Source: Ascidiella aspersa (Eukaryota). From it: 64,000 nt of DNA. Positions 1 through 11,404 of the stretch are shown here, in pieces (positions within the stretch are counted from its first letter, which is position 1; every line of letters begins with the position of its first letter). A program made the translations under genes and the position numbers. The stretch is taken from contig OZ004607.1 in NCBI GenBank assembly GCA_963924565.1, positions 7,936,001-8,000,000 on the forward strand. The letters run 5' to 3'. The notes beneath the pieces were generated by a model that was not told where the DNA came from, did not search any database, and saw only the letters and a list, made by a program, of their open reading frames with translations.

Positions 1-3000
1 TCGAATACTATGTTTCACCAGTGTTTACTGAGAGAACTTTATTTTCCAACAGTAATTTTTGTTGTTGATACAAAATTTACAAAAAAATTCCTTATCGAAA
101 ATACGATGTGAAAACAGTCTTGCGCTAAATGCATCATTCGCTAGCTTTTATTACGGGCTGTAAAATCAGTTGACTGATTTGCTGGGCTGCTGGGCTCCAT
201 GCGTAAACTATTCTCTCTTCATATTGTAACTATATACAGAGCATTTATCTTAACTGCCATACGAAGGTAATCTTTACCACCAGTATTTTAATCAATAACA
301 AACTAAAAAAGTTGTTGAGGATTTAGCATGCCGAGGTTTCAATAATACCACCATGCACAAAACGAACACGAAAACGTTTTTCTGTACTTAATACACTTTG
401 GAGCCAAACAGGCTGAATTAACTTTTGAAGCAACTGTTAAATACTTGTTGCATACCTCCGTAGTCTATTTACGCATATTTGTAAGTTACAACGCACCACT
501 GTTGTACAAGTAAGACAATAACTCAGCTATACTAATTGAATGAGGCTAAAATACATTCTAAATCGCTTTAAACGTTGCCACTTTCGGAAGCACTCAATGT
601 CAAAACGGTGAAAGTAAGCCGGAACGGCGTAGTGATACGCTGTACCGTTTAAGAAATGTTCTATTTACCAGGTTATGTCCCATGGTTCCAGTGATTAATT
701 TTGGTTTTGCTGACCTGACTATTGACCGTACATTGTACCAGCGACAACTGACTATTTTGTAACAAACGAGCGACTGGATACACTGCTGAAAGCAATTATG
801 TTTTTTTTTTATTCTCTGAGGCTTCAAAAGACTTCGCACAATGCTCTAATGTGGACAAGTATCAGGTAACGCTTTGTCATCTGCGTCGTATTGAAACCAA
901 ACAATCAACGCGATTCTTTTAACTGACCCACTCACCCACTCATATACTTTGCAGCCGTCCACCCTATGATGTAATTGTAAAGTACCGTACATTATTTACC
1001 CTGGGTTCTGCTAAGGTTACCATATTTCCAATCGAGTTCGATTGAACTAGACGGCACTGGCATCGGCATTTCAAAGCGATTCTGACGATTTAATTAAGGG
1101 TTAGCTTTCGATTATAAAAGATCTTGCTAAATTAAACAAACTCGCATTTTAAAAACTCTGCTAATGTATTCTTTCGCCCCAACTGTTTTAAAGGAACATA
1201 ATAAGAATTACTGCTTAGCAATATTGATTCTACTTATCTGATCTGTTGTCCCCTTTAAAAATTCTTGTTTAAGCCAAACTCGAATGTATGTAGGCTACAA
1301 CTGAACGCACTTCGTACATATTGCAGTTACGTGGGCTGTAATTGAGGCTGTGTGAAATCAGGTGCAAGACAATTCTATTATTGACAAACAGCTTACAATT
1401 GCCATGCCTGGATTAAAAAAGCGCCTTGCTGATTATCACTGTAACGAGATTTCAGACGCTAATATTCCAACAAAATATTCTACAATGTTACAGACCTATC
1501 TGAAACTGAAAGTCATAATCGGATCCATTTGCTGTACCTAAATTGACCTTAACTATTGTAGTGTGTTGTACCAGTACATTTAAGCTTAGTTTGACCCTTT
1601 CACTTTTACAGCTTTAACACTTTTGCATGTTGTTACGTGCAGAACTAGGCTGAACAACAACCCAAAAATCTGTCAACCGCATCCTAACAAAATTTCAAGC
1701 TATGTGGCTCCTAGCTATCTTGAAGTAACTCTGAAGTAAACTCAAAGTCAAACTGTATTGTTTTCTCTAAGCTTACCTTTTAATACGGCTAAACTGGATA
1801 TTTTCTAAAACTATAAAAAAAAAATTAGTGCTGAAAGAGCTCTGTTTTACACAAAAATGTTGGTGAGAAAAATTTAAAACTGGACGCCAAACTCATCGTT
1901 TTCAACTACCATTTTAAACGTGTACTTTTCAGTCAATTGGCATTTTAAAGTCAACAGTATCCTACAGTTTAGGAAACTTAATGCTTCGCTGGTCGATCAC
2001 AGTTAAACACAAAAATGACAGTTTAGAGAAAATCATTCAAAACCGCGCGCCAAATTGTCTCCTCTTTTCTCAAAGCTTGAAAAATGGCTATTTAATTAAA
2101 CAGCGCCCTTTCTGGTTCATAAAACGGTCGTAAAATCAGGTTGCCTATAGCTAAGGCAGCCAGGACCCTTCACGTAATCCATCGGGTGGTTTGTTCCTGT
2201 ATAGAGCGACATGTGTCCGTCATTGATCGCTCGGATCACTCTGGTAGCACTACAGGCGAATCGGGAAGCTTCTTAAGTCGCCCAAATGAAATGACGGCTC
2301 GTTGAGACTGACCAAAGCCATCGTCGTCCCGTTGAACAGCAATCACGCCGAGGCTTTTCCGAATCGGATAAGCGGGTTAACTGTGACGTCATATAGGGGT
2401 GCTCTGGCGCCGGGCGCTTCTTCCCGCGGATTGAAATTGTAACGGAATTTTTGGCGAAGTTGATATAACCTGTATACGGCTTATTGAGTTGCATACGCGC
2501 CCGCGGGAATTTATCCAGGCGGTGTTAAGTCTCAATAAAGTTTCGCACAAAAGGTGAAATTGAATTGCCCCTAAATATGCTCAATATTAGGAAACACAGT
2601 CGCAATACTCCTAAAATGTAACTAAAATGTAACGCGTGTGATCGTAGTTCGGAAGTTTAAAAATGAAAAAAGTATTGATAAAAGGCGGTTGCTTCCATTT
2701 TTCAAGATCGACAGCAATTTCTGCCTAATTTAAAATATAGTTTGTTTATATATAAATCTCCTATATTATGTATTACTTTCTTTTAGGGTCAACTGACTCA
2801 ATAATATATTAAACAGTATTCGTTGGAAAATTCTTTTGCATTTGTCGTGACAAACGAACAGTTACACCACTTTTCCGAAAAAACTACATAGATGCATCTA
2901 TGAAATGCTTTTCTAAAGATATACGATTTTCAATATGCGATTGTAACGCACAAGCTTCCGGCGGTTGCGGAATCTACCTGACCAATGAGTGGCCGAAGTA

Positions 3001-4412
3001 GAAGCTGATATTCAGCAATGTACCAGCATATACAGCTGCATCCTTTGCTTATCGATTGATTTCAAATGTTCATCTAGAGATCAAGGGCAACCTTTTGCTA
3101 GTCGCTGGCCAAACCAAACATAGCAAGTTCTCGGCGGGCCCTAATAAATTTCTGCTAACAATTTTGTTATAGAAACGCGTGGCTTTTAAGCACTCCTCAT
3201 CAGGGTAGTACCTAAGTTTTTTTATGCAATTGAAAATAAGTCTAATTTATAATAAAAAAGTAGCAACGCGCGAGGCGCGAAAAAAATAGTTTGTTTGGTT
3301 TCAAATTGGCAAACCTTTTAATTTACAACAAGGCGTGCGCACACACAAAATATAATAGTCACATATTTCTTATACTCTTGTATTTATATTTTTATCATAA
3401 AAGACGGAATACATCAGAGAAAAGATTATACAGATTAGGTTGGAGAAAGTGTAATTTTAGAGAGTTCCATGCTACAAATAGTTTTCACTTACAGTTTTTG
3501 ACGTCATAATGACCATTGTTCACAACTTGTTGTTAACAAACTAAAGAAAGCTCCAACTTAGCTAGCAAATGTTGCAATGCAAAAAAGTTGTGTGCCACGT
3601 CACTTATGACGTCATTGTATTACGTCACGCCCCTGTTGAACAAAAAAGGACTTCGATGAGTCGTTGAACAAGTTATTTGAACAACCCTTTAAGCCAGTAT
3701 AGTTTCACACAGCTTATTGTTGTGGGGGTGGACCGGCCTGCATCCTCACGGCCATTTGGTATGAGAAACTTGCTCCAAAGAAGAATAAATATTATTTGCG
3801 TGAAGCGCGATGCGAGAAAGTTTTTTGCCTTTAGTATAGGGTAAAATAGTTGAAAAAATATGAGGCATGACCTTGTGTTCAGTTTGAAAAAGAGGTCGCT
3901 ATAAAAAAGAAGTAAGATGTTGTAGAAAGCCAACTGCGAGACGGAAATTTGATTTTAGTCTTGAACGATCCAGCTTTCTGCCGAAATTTTCTGATTATTA
4001 CTTTAAACAAATTACTTGTTGAATTTCAAACAAAACGGTATAATTGGTTAAACAGATGTTCAAATTGTGGCAACACAGATAAATACATGGTATTTTTGAA
4101 ACAGTTCTTCCACAAGTAAACATGCTTTTTAATAAGTTAGTTGTTAGAAAAGCAAAAGATAAGTAGTGTTTTTATATGCTTTTTATTTTCTTACTGAATT
4201 GAACATAAAAATGACAAACAGGAGGGCAATGTAAAAATCTTGGGTTTAAAAAATCGCCCCGATGCTATAGTTCAAATGGTTCCTTGTCCTAACGGGGTGT
4301 GGCACTTTGCAAGAAAATCTACAATTGGGAGGGTGAAAAAGGTAAACCACAGAAGCCTTTTCTTTTGTAACAAACGCGACAATTGGTACCCTGAAAACAG
4401 AACCTATATATA

Positions 4413-4565
4413 CGTAGTAAGAATATCAAAGCATATACGGAAGTAGATGTTGAAAATAAAAAAAATAGTTATTCGAAACGTAAAATGATGTCTATAGACT
4501 TCTGTATGGGCTTTGATATGCTTACAACGTCCTACTACAACCTCCAACAGCATTATGCTCCAAAG
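4413..4565. repeat. Short palindromic MITE-like family, copy A
   Basis: AAGAATATCAAAGC(A)TATAC(G)GAAGTAG ... ACTTCTGTATGGGCTTTGATAT; inverted homolog of 15285-15400. Confidence 0.7.
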
Positions 4566-4606
4566 TATCTATACAGAATCAGTGAATTCATAGATCTCAA
4601 AGAACT

Positions 4607-5266
4607 CAGTGGCTCACTCTGCGCCCTTTATCACAGTGCTGCTGCGTTGTACTCGTAAACCGATGTGGTATGCGATAATTTTAAGGTGGTACGCGGGTAG
4701 CTTCGGCGTCCTTTCTGGATTTATAGAAAATTCACGCTAACTTGTTTTCTTATTGCGGCTTCCGTAAGCTATATTCTCTCTTCACAATTTTTACCTATCA
4801 CGTGACCCGTTCGTTCGGCACTATGCTATTGAGATACCCATTGGGTTAAATTCTTATATTCCTGCAAAATATTATTTTTTTACATTTTTGTATTAAATGT
4901 TCTGTCAGAATTGTTTGCATTTTGCCTGGCTTATATTTATCTACCGTGTTTCGTATAGATTTTGTTGTAACCTGAATTTCTTCCTTCAGGGTCAGACATT
5001 TTATTGTTCTTAGTTGATCCTTCTCTGCTGTCGAATTTGTAGCAACAAATAAACAGCTAATATTTTGTTATCTTATCTTTGCAACATTGAATTGACCTGT
5101 AATGTGAAATTATCGCCTTATATTTGGGGCAAGGTTTTTGATTCATAATTAAGCTTAAATAAACACAAGTTTAATAGAGAAAATTGGTTTCTTTGAAGCC
5201 AAGTGGTACGCAGCGACAGTCAAAGCCAAGAGGTGAGCACGGCTAAAAAATGTTGGGAACCACTGC
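4607..5266. mobile_element. Degenerate hAT/Charlie-like element
   Basis: Right end TGTTGGGAACCACTG; GTGGTACGC motifs near both ends; left end and TSD unclear. Confidence 0.4.
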
Positions 5267-5794
5267 ACAAGTTACTAGTGACATCTAACGGAAATTGGTG
5301 GATCAACCAAATTGCGATGCTTCAGTGAAATCTAATCTGTCCAATGGAGTGAGAAACTTCATTGGAGAAAACCCTTATACTCGCTATTTGTGAATTTTTA
5401 AGCACTGTCTGATTTTTCAGTGTTTATATTTTCTTCCTTCGCACCGGACTGGCACTTTAATTAAAATATAGGTTTAAAACTAAACTATTTAAATTTAAAA
5501 ATGTACAAAACAGTGATTTGCTTTTTCTCTAAGTTGGAGTACCCCTGGCTTAATGTATGTGGGCTACCCTGGATATGGATTTTTTATTCAAATAAATGTG
5601 ATATATTAATGCTGCGATGCCCTTGAACCATCGGTAACAACAGAAGTTGGGCGTCAAACTGTTAGTTCCTGAAAATGTGTAAAAAATCACCTGTGTATAG
5701 TAATTACCATTCTCGCACAAAAGCATCAAAGGCACAAATAAGTGTGATTCCTAATGATTTTCGTAAATTAATAATTTTGTTTCAGCTTTGCAGA

Positions 5795-5797
<3 letters not shown>

Positions 5798-5867
<70 letters not shown>
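5798..5867 (+). repeat. Poly(A) homopolymer, ~70 nt
   Basis: Uninterrupted A run. Confidence 0.95.
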
Positions 5868-5870
<3 letters not shown>

Positions 5871-6146
5871 GACACACCTACTTAAAGTAACTTCAGATAC
5901 GACAAATTGAACATATGCAAATAAAACAGGCAAGACATAATTGATTTAGTAACTCAGCCAACTGGAGTAATAGCACAAACATAGAAACATTGCTATGATA
6001 GCACGTTTTTGGATGCTTTGAAGAGTCGGGGTTGCAGTTACTTAAGTGATCACAATAAAACCGAGAAACATTTTACCTATATATATCCTACGGATCAAAC
6101 ATGTTATAATGTTTTATATTCCGTATAAAATACTGTTTGAATAGAA

Positions 6147-6358
6147 CAGGGTTTCCCAAACTGTGGTCCGAGGACCATTGGTGGTGGTCCGCGACGACTG
6201 CGCAGGTGGTCTGTGGCGATATGACAAGAAATTAAACAGTCACACATAATATACGTCGTACAGTACGTACCCTTTCAATAATTGCCGCAGTTATTCACAA
6301 CTTAATGATTTCGAAAGCTTTTGCTATCCAGTATCGCAAATCTTACTATTGTTGCACC
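6147..6358. mobile_element. Left end of a hAT/Charlie-like element interrupted by the LTR retrotransposon
   Basis: CAGGGTTTCCCAAACT terminus with GTGGTCC(GCG) subterminal motifs; a GGTCCGCG motif recurs at ~9533, beyond the LTR element; right TIR not found. Confidence 0.55.
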
Positions 6359-6739
6359 TGTGGGTTTATGCACAAAGAAAGAATATTTATTGCAAATATA
6401 CAAACAACAAACAGTACTTACACAGGTACTTACGATACATGCAATAAATTACCTCCGTGTACGGTACGTAGCGATCTGACTCCAGCTAAGTGAACAGTGG
6501 AACTGCTAAATTAACGATTTACAACATTTCTTATATAGCCTACATCGGACAGATGTGAGTAATTACCAATTCGTTAGAAAACGCGACACAAAACACGACT
6601 TAGGAAATCGGCCATACGACCAACAAAATTACAATACGCGACGGGAAATTAAAGTGACAGCATGAGCGATTCAGCCGGCAGGCTGTTCATAGAATGGACA
6701 GAGTTGACGGGGTCACAGAGTTCCAAAGAATCCACTACA
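6359..6739 (-). repeat. 3' LTR
   Basis: 381-bp copy preceded on the minus strand by the polypurine tract. Confidence 0.92.
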
Positions 6740-9021
6740 ATTCGCTCTCCCTGCCTTTAAGACAAGAGGTCTGGAGAAACTTCATCTTCGTGGTGTTTCT
6801 CCTGCATGTCAAAAATTGTTCATTCGATAAAGGTGTCCTCCTTGTCGGCCGGCTCCTTGTAGCACAAGTCAGGAACGGTGGCGGACCGTCAAGGCGTAGA
6901 TGACTGTTGTCCGGCGATGAAAAGCTCGCTTCGTACAAAGCGCGTTGGTGGTCAAAGAGCTGAAACTGAACTGCTCCTTATAGTGTTCGAGAATCCCTCC
7001 GTAATCGAGCTGGTACTCTGTTTCTGAACGATCTGTGTAAAAATACTTACGCCGGCGATTAACAACATGCGAATGCACCAAAAAGTAGCCTACAATGCAG
7101 AAATAGAGCCGTAAAAATCGTAATTTTAATGTAGAAAGACAAAAAACGTCAGTCAAATGCCTAGAATCTATCGTTCTAGAATACCGAAATCATGGAAGTT
7201 AAGGTGCTAAACTCTGAAACTCGAAAACAAAATTAACGCCTTGTCCATTTTAAAAGTAATTCCTAAATGACAGACATTTTAACCTTGGCGTAAAGGTTAA
7301 ACTAAAAAGTTACACTATGCAAGCCTGTAACCCAAATGGACATGTGACGGTACCTCAGCCGTCAGTAAGGTAAAAAGGCTTCACGGCATCACGTGGCCTT
7401 GAAAACATCGGGAACTATGCCCGGAATTCAAACAAAACGGTCAGGTTATTTTAGGTGTGATATCTCTGATCAAACACCGTAAACCATATAGGACCAGACT
7501 GCAGGTTAGCTGCAAACGGAAATGGCACTTTAGAAGGCACAACTTCTGTAAGTGTGAGAGATAAATATATCTGTTTATAGGCTTAGAGATTAGTTTACGA
7601 GAGAAGAATATTCTCCTACGTAAAGTTTCACCTTTAACTTAACAAAAAGAGACGTAATTTTGCAACTGACTGAACAGCTATGCCGTAAATTTAGTTATCT
7701 CATAAGCGGTTTTAAATCTGCATTGTTCGACCGATTTGTCAACATTAAAACGTGCGCATAATTACGCAACAACATACTTACAATGGCGGCGGCTTAGAGA
7801 GAAAAACAGGCGTGGTGCGTAAAAAGGTAAACAAGGCATGTATCAATAACTGACAAAGCATAGCGCGAAAAACATGGCGAATAAACTATAGCTGCCATCC
7901 TACTTGAGCCTATTAATGAAATTTAATTTGATTTTGCAAGGCTCATCCCTGCGTTAGTGATAACCTTAAGCCATAGGCGCTAAAAATTACCCAAAAACGT
8001 TAACAAAACGTCTATCAAGAAAACTAGCAAAAAGCTGAGAATAAGAGGAAGAGAAGATTAGAATAGTCAAGGTTAGAATAGTAAGAGGCCGTAGATAGAT
8101 AAGGTAAAGTAAAGTTATGAAAGCTTACTATGTTATCATCAGGTGTAAACGTCGTAGGAAAGTGCTGTTTCCTTCGCAACAGATCCGCAAGATTTGCTTG
8201 CAAGCTGTTAGGTCAGGCGGACGATACCAGTCATCGAGATACTTAAAATCATCAATCGATCGACAAGAATTCCTGTCTGTTAAGATTATGTAAAGAGAAA
8301 GGTGAAAAAGATAGGTTAAAAGTACCTTTCGAATAGAGTTTGACGTAGAGTTGCATAATGTCATAGGTGTTTCGTACGTAGTAGATGCAATAAACTCGCG
8401 TGGTTGACGAGGCGTCGCAATTCCAGTTGAAAGTTTGCTGCTGGGCGTTGCTGCAACAGGCTGCAAAGATTTTACCGGAACATTTAAAGGTTTTGCCGTG
8501 TTGCAAAACGACGAAGAAGCGACTTCGAAAGTTGAATTTGGTTGGTCGTTGTCAAACTGCAACGAGATTGGCACTGCAATCGGTAGAACAACTGGAACCA
8601 ATGGCATTGAAACATCATTTTCTGTTAAACTGTCTTTAGAGAAAGGAAAAACAGGTTTAGAAAAGGAGCCTATTTGCGGACGCCGTAGCTTAGAGATGGA
8701 AAATTTCGAATTATTTCCCATTGGTTTCGGAAAAAACATTACCTTCCCTTATATTACATAGCATGGCAGCTATACGCGTTGAAGTTTTGACGTTGCAAGC
8801 TTTAAATTTGCTTGAAACCTTTGAAAACAAAACGGAAAAGTTATTCTTCGACATAACGATTTTAAGAATAGCACACGGTAAATAAGACTAAAAATAGGTA
8901 CAAAAACGTAGGTTAAAAATAGATGTAGTTCAAAACAATAGGTTAATTATAATTATTTTAGAATATTAGTTAGTCAGAAGGTATATGCGTGTTCAATACC
9001 ACGTCAGGTGCGTCAACAATT

Positions 9022-9402
9022 TGTGGGTTTATGCACAAAGAAAGAATATTTATTGCAAATATACAAACAACAAACAGTACTTACACAGGTACTTACGATA
9101 CATGCAATAAATTACCTCCGTGTACGGTACGTAGCGATCTGACTCCAGTTAAGTGAACTGTGGAACTGCTAAATTAACGATTTACAACATTTCTTATATA
9201 GCCTACATCGGACAGATGTGAGTAATTACCAATTCGTTAGAAAACGCGACACAAAACACGACTTAGGAAATCGGCCATACGACCAACAAAATTACAATAC
9301 GCGACGGGAAATTAAAGTGACAGCATGAGCGATTCAGCCGGCAGGCTGTTCATAGAATGGACAGAGTTGACGGGGTCACAGAGTTCCAAAGAATCCACTA
9401 CA
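9022..9402 (-). repeat. 5' LTR
   Basis: 381-bp copy; differs from the left copy at cagCtaag/cagTtaag and gaacAgtg/gaacTgtg. Confidence 0.92.
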
Positions 9403-10066
9403 CACCACGATTAGTGAGTAAAAAGTTTGCAAGGCAGAGATGAGAAACGAAATAAAGTTATAGGATAATTTAATTGTGTAATTATACTGCCATTGAATTA
9501 GTTGTTCAGTAACTTAACCTTAATTGCATTGCGGTCCGCGAAAAAACAAAATCCATAGTCACTTGCCTTGTGATGGACGAGCGAGAGTGTGACTTTGTTC
9601 TTTGAGCATATGGATCCATTTTAAAACTATTTGCATAGTCAATGTGGACGTGAAACGATAACAAAACAAGCACTAAGTCAATAAAAACAACATTAACAAG
9701 ACCAGCAGTTTGACAATAGAAACAATGTAACAGCAGGAGAACAAAACTGAGGTGCCTGTTTCTCACGGTAACATCTGTCTGAGCGGAAGCAACTGCAGTC
9801 AGGCTACAATGGCGAGAAAAACTGGCTCCAAACATTATATGTGCCAAATTTGAATAGCCACGCAAAGCAGGATATCTCGCACATATAAACCCGGAATGAC
9901 GACAAAACCCACAACTTCTAAGTCAAGCAAACTAAACTAGTCTTTACAGTATTTAGCCAGTGGTTCTTAAGCTTTGTGCCTCGGGAAATTCTTGTGTGTT
10001 ACTACGAAACTTTTTGAACTTTTTGCAAATAGTCATGGCAGCAAGCTCGTGAGCAAATCTGATAAC

Positions 10067-10501
10067 TAGGGCGAATATTTTTTGACCTAAACAATAGGAA
10101 ATTTTTACCTAAAAAATTAAAATTTTGACAAATTTTAACCTAAATATAATTTATTTTGACAAAATTTTGACCTGTTAGAAATACATTGATTTAAATGAGC
10201 TAGGCGACATTAATCACGCGTTTTTTATACCGTATATTGCTCTAATAAAGATAAATTACGGTTAAAATGACTTTGAACACAAATCAAAACTAAATTGTTT
10301 TGATAAAATTGAACGATAAATTTCAAAACAACTGAACGACAAATTTCAAAAAGCTGACTATATATTTTTTTAATTTTGTAAACGATTTATGTGCATTTTT
10401 ATTTGATTTTGACTTTACAAATTTTTGACAAATTTTGACCTAACGTGTATATTTTGACAAAATTTTGACTTTTTTTGACAAGTCAAAAAATATTCGCCCT
10501 A
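10067..10501. mobile_element. hAT-type MITE (TAGGG termini), 435 bp
   Basis: Perfect 20-bp TIR TAGGGCGAATATTTTTTGAC / GTCAAAAAATATTCGCCCTA; 8-bp TSD CTGATAAC on both sides; repeated internal AAATTTTGAC motifs. Confidence 0.92.
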
Positions 10502-11107
10502 CTGATAACTGATAATTGCATTATATAGTTAATTGTTTCCTTGAGGTTTAGTTATGGTGTCAAGTTATAATATCAATTGAAATAATGGAAGTGTGCTGTA
10601 ACCAAAATAATAGAACTGCCAATTGCAATTTATTCGGATACCGTTGTAATTATATAACTAAATCATCTTTCATTGTTCAGAAATGTTTAAAGCCTTTTTA
10701 CGTTTATGTAAAGTAACATCACCCGAATTGGCGTACCAGTAATTTCATTTTTTTATTTTTCTGTTTTTCAGATAGAACGAGTTTTAACTCATAAAAATTG
10801 AACTATAGTTTGTATGACGAGACTGATTACGTTTGTACGAGTACAGATATTAAATTCAGAGTAAATATTGCATCGTGTTTTGTATACCTAAAAAGTTTTA
10901 CAAGTTTATAGTTTCCAAATTATTAAAACTAAGTAAGCAAAACTATATATCAAGACCCAAAAGCTTGATAATCGCAATCTGGTGCTTATCATCCGCACGC
11001 ACTCGCGTGGTTTTATTATGACTTTGCCGCAAATTATCAAAGAAATTACCTTTATGCAGGCTAAGCAAAAATAAGCAGCAATTATTTTCCCCAGAAAATC
11101 CCAAATA

Positions 11108-11404
11108 ATGTATATAGCTTCGCACACAAATGCGAAGACGCTGTGCCTTTTCATTGTGGTATTTGCGACCGTCTCGGTGATATTTCTGTACGAACAAAAC
11201 ATCGAGCAGTTTCCAGGTTCTTTGGTGGCCAGGTTTTCCACAGATTTATACAACAGCCCACCTTCTGACTCCAGGCTTAACCAAGCTATAGACGCAGTAA
11301 AGTTCGAAGAGAAGCGACTGACAAGTTTACAGTCTACAAACGATTCCAAGACAAGAAACGGAAACAGCAAATTCAACAAGCAAAATGCGCCTCCAGGATA
11401 CAAG
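11108..11404 (+). CDS. Fucosyltransferase coding exon 1 (cytoplasmic tail, TM, stem)
   Basis: ATG in aaataATGt; MYIASHTNAKTLCLFIVVFATVSVIFLYEQ...PPGYK; donor AAG|gtatga, phase 0. Confidence 0.85.

Larger units (their letters stand above)
6359..9402 (-). mobile_element. Non-autonomous LTR retrotransposon (3044 bp), probably Ty3/Gypsy-derived
   Basis: Direct repeats 6359-6739 and 9022-9402 (381 bp, TG...CA, 2 substitutions by eye) and TSD CACC at 6355-6358 and 9403-9406. The minus strand has a PPT (AAAGGCAGGGAGAG) next to the left LTR, TATATAA then AATAAA inside the LTR, and a PBS-like TGTTGACGC next to the right LTR. No RT or integrase ORF. Confidence 0.92.

Noticed and set aside
2250-2325. 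Possible antizyme-like +1 frameshift between two short minus-strand ORFs
   Set aside because: No UCC-UGA-type site and no antizyme similarity
5675-5872. Poly-lysine ORF
   Set aside because: Translation of the A70 homopolymer
9001-9021. Tf1-style self-priming of the LTR element
   Set aside because: No complement to the PBS near the predicted transcription start within the LTR
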